Positions 61,823-64,000 of a stretch of DNA of 64,000 nt are shown in pieces. Position 1 is the stretch's first letter. Every line of letters begins with the position of its first letter. Source of the stretch: an archaeon (GTDB lineage Archaea; Iainarchaeota; Iainarchaeia; Iainarchaeales; CSSED10-239); contig DAOMZT010000002.1 of the NCBI GenBank assembly GCA_035400625.1, positions 137,649 through 201,648 on the forward strand, in the 5' to 3' direction. The notes under the pieces were generated by a model, which saw only the letters and a program-made list of their open reading frames with translations, searched no databases and was not told the DNA's origin. Both the position numbers and the translations under genes were made by a program.

Positions 61823-64000
61823 TTAGTTTTTAATACAACTAAATTCGTCTCCTGTATTACTAGGAGTTGTTTCTATCTTGCTGTTTATTGTGTCTGTTAG
61901 TTCTTGAGATATCTCTTTAGGATTATAGAAAACCTCAAAAGATTTGTTGTCGTAATTTACACAAGCTTTCTTTTGTGTTACTAGGTCAAAGACATCTGTT
62001 ATTGAAACTATATCGTGATTAAATCTGTTAGTTAATTCAACATAATCATTAGAGCCTGCCAAATTATCTAAAGTATAGAACTTCAAGCTGTCATTTGCTA
62101 CATCTTTATGTAAGTAGCTTGTGCTTTTGCCAGTTCTGAAGTTTGATGGGGTGTAAAAGATTGTGTACATCCAAACATTTCCTGTTCTTACAATTATATC
62201 TTTTTCCCACTCTATACCATAAGAAAAGGTTTGGCTTTGAGTTACTGGTGCTAACTTTGATTCTGTTGAGACAAGATCGCCAGTTGCTAAAAATCTCTCA
62301 AGCAATGGAACGCCAGTAAAGTCTTTACAATTAGCAAAGCCTGTCCAATATGCTAAACTTAGTCCAGGGCTTGCTACTTCTCCACCTTGTCCTAATGGTA
62401 AGCCTAGTGCAAGCTTATAGAATGCCCATGCATTAGTATTTACAGCTGTATTTTTTACTTTCATAACTACTGGTGTTGGCCTAGATGGTATGTATCTTAG
62501 CTTTAGTAGGTTATTTTGTTCTCTATTAATAGACAATAGCTTACCTCTTTCATTTCCATTATTCATTATTGCAAAATCTTTTACTTCTTTTGTATCAATT
62601 GTTGAAACAGTATTTGATGAAACATAGCCTTCAGTAAACATCGCTCCTGAATAATTACTTTGTGAATCTAGATATATTGGAACTTTGTCATTTAGATAAT
62701 CTACACCATAGCCGTTTCTTGTTTTATCTCCTGTACTTCCAACAAGACCATCAAGTGGCATATAGTATAGTGGATAATCAATTTCTGGATTTTGTTCTTT
62801 ACTTATTACTACTTCTATTTTTCCTGTCATGTTTCCTGCATCATTGAATAATCTCCAACTATCATCATAATGTATTATTATTTTTACATCATATCTTCCT
62901 GGTCCTGATAATGTTTGATTAGTTACAGAGCCTGAATTCATTAGAACAAACTTGAATTTGTCTTTATCTGTAAAGTATTTATATAATGGTGTATAATTGG
63001 ATTGTGTTGTTAAGATTTCTGATGATCCATACCATTGTGGTGTATCTTTTAAGAAAGTTGATCTATAATAATCATCAAAGTCTTTTTTGAAATCTTCACT
63101 ATATCCATCTTTCATTAAATATGCTCTGAAGTTATATAGTTTTTCATCAAAGCCAGGATAGTATTTGTTTAAGTTTTCTGAAGTCTTAGGTAGACTACAG
63201 CCCATTGTTCCGCCAGTTATGTTTGTTTGTGTTGTTAAAATATTATCTATTAGGTTATTTCCTGTTTCGTTATGTGCGATTGCTTCGTGGAAGTTTGTTA
63301 ATGTTAGCTTTATTTTTATTATATCTGTATCTGTTGGGGTTGATGAAAATTCCTCTATTTTTATTTCATCTAGATAATCTCCAGTATTTAGATAGCTTAC
63401 TGGCACTGATACTTTTCCACTTGCTATCTTTTCCCAATTAAATGAGTTTTCTGCTTTTTTTGTAACTTCATAATCTATGTCAAATAAAGATCTTGAATCT
63501 GAAACAGGCATAGACAATTGATAGTTTCCTCTGACTTTATATGTGAAATTTAATCTACTACTACTTATTTTTTCTACATTGATATATGTAATTCCTACAT
63601 TATTGACATCGCTTACTAATGATTGTTCAGTAACTGGTGTTGGACAAGTAAATGAAGCATTATTTGTTCTTACAATTTCGTTTATCTTATTTATTTTTTG
63701 TAAGACTTCTATTGATAGTTGAGTTGCATCACAATATATGCCATTATTTGCAACATCACACCATTCGCTATTTTTTACTTCTGTTCCTTCTCCTGTTATT
63801 GGTGTTACTATTTTATTTTCTTTAAAATCCCAATTGTATGCTACTTTTGGTAGGACTTCAGTTCCTGTTGTGCCTAGGATCATCCCTCCTTCAGTAGTAC
63901 AATCTAATAAGGTTGAATCAATTGGTTCTGCGTTTTCATCAACTCTAGAATTGAATAATAAACGGAATTTTTGTACTTTTTCTACAGGTATTTTTGGATA
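61823..64000 (-). CDS. Giant protein paralogue P4, C-terminal >725 aa (5' end lies beyond the right window edge)
   Basis: The frame of the listed 61823..63883 ORF stays open to nt 64000 (YPKIPVEKVQKFRLLFNSRVDENAEPIDSTLLDCTTEGGMILGTTGTEVLPKVAYNWDF...). The extension aligns with an internal region of P3 (KEIGKFRFAFISKQYPERLPISIDLEDCITDSGRSGKTGKDALPNVSFNWDW), so the Met at 63883 is internal. Confidence 0.85.
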   Translation of the reverse strand, partial: YPKIPVEKVQKFRLLFNSRVDENAEPIDSTLLDCTTEGGMILGTTGTEVLPKVAYNWDFKENKIVTPITGEGTEVKNSEWCDVANNGIYCDATQLSIEVLQKINKINEIVRTNNASFTCPTPVTEQSLVSDVNNVGITYINVEKISSSRLNFTYKVRGNYQLSMPVSDSRSLFDIDYEVTKKAENSFNWEKIASGKVSVPVSYLNTGDYLDEIKIEEFSSTPTDTDIIKIKLTLTNFHEAIAHNETGNNLIDNILTTQTNITGGTMGCSLPKTSENLNKYYPGFDEKLYNFRAYLMKDGYSEDFKKDFDDYYRSTFLKDTPQWYGSSEILTTQSNYTPLYKYFTDKDKFKFVLMNSGSVTNQTLSGPGRYDVKIIIHYDDSWRLFNDAGNMTGKIEVVISKEQNPEIDYPLYYMPLDGLVGSTGDKTRNGYGVDYLNDKVPIYLDSQSNYSGAMFTEGYVSSNTVSTIDTKEVKDFAIMNNGNERGKLLSINREQNNLLKLRYIPSRPTPVVMKVKNTAVNTNAWAFYKLALGLPLGQGGEVASPGLSLAYWTGFANCKDFTGVPLLERFLATGDLVSTESKLAPVTQSQTFSYGIEWEKDIIVRTGNVWMYTIFYTPSNFRTGKSTSYLHKDVANDSLKFYTLDNLAGSNDYVELTNRFNHDIVSITDVFDLVTQKKACVNYDNKSFEVFYNPKEISQELTDTINSKIETTPSNTGDEFSCIKN

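Noticed and set aside
31850-63441. Plus-strand ORFs (60-127 aa) and the out-of-frame minus ORF 55023..55214 inside the giant-cluster genes
   Set aside because: They are embedded in long, homologous minus-strand ORFs, and their composition is typical of antisense translation of AT-rich coding DNA.
1-64000. Diversity-generating retroelement, prophage, transposon or integrative-element signatures near the giant surface genes
   Set aside because: I recognised no reverse transcriptase, integrase, transposase, terminase or capsid gene. I spotted no TR/VR-like repeat pair, but an exhaustive repeat search could not be done by eye.

Overview
The window is AT-rich (roughly 30% GC by eye, not computed). 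It is almost entirely coding, and nearly all genes lie on the minus strand.

Likely source (inference): a small-genome DPANN-type archaeon.
- Archaeal-type markers: an ATP-dependent DNA ligase with an N-terminal DNA-binding region, a Trm5/Taw2 (Met-10+) methyltransferase, a pilin with an archaeal class III signal peptide (KKGQ/VSIE), a KaiC-like ATPase, tRNA-Arg(GCG), and GGAGGT/GGTGAT-like Shine-Dalgarno motifs.
- Bacterial-type genes mixed in: HU, a short bacterial-type AlaRS, Fic and PLD.

Layout, in three blocks:
1. 355-10290: one 3311-aa surface protein built from six tandem periods (seven A-domain anchors) of a ~1.15-kb macro-repeat.
2. 10.4-30.1 kb: a housekeeping block.
   - Four tRNAs: Asn-GTT, Pro-TGG, His-GTG with encoded G-1, and Arg-GCG.
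   - Genes: trm5, scpA/scpB, lig, proS, alaS, hisS, HU, Fic, PLD, a J-domain protein, an exported Lon-domain protein and a pilin.
3. 30.1-64.0 kb: a 34-kb one-directional cluster.
   - It holds four paralogous giant membrane-anchored proteins of 2178, 1979, 2493 and more than 725 aa. The last is cut by the window edge.
   - All four share an unrecognised C-terminal module.
   - Paralogous secreted proteins are interleaved with them: two Gly-rich solenoid-like proteins, two proteins sharing a C-terminal domain, and two further secreted proteins.
   - Two small membrane proteins close the cluster.

I cannot assign block 3 to any described system. It is the best candidate here for a novel cell-surface or host-interaction apparatus.

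I saw no rRNA, CRISPR array, transposase, integrase or reverse transcriptase. All similarity statements are by-eye alignments; no database search was possible.
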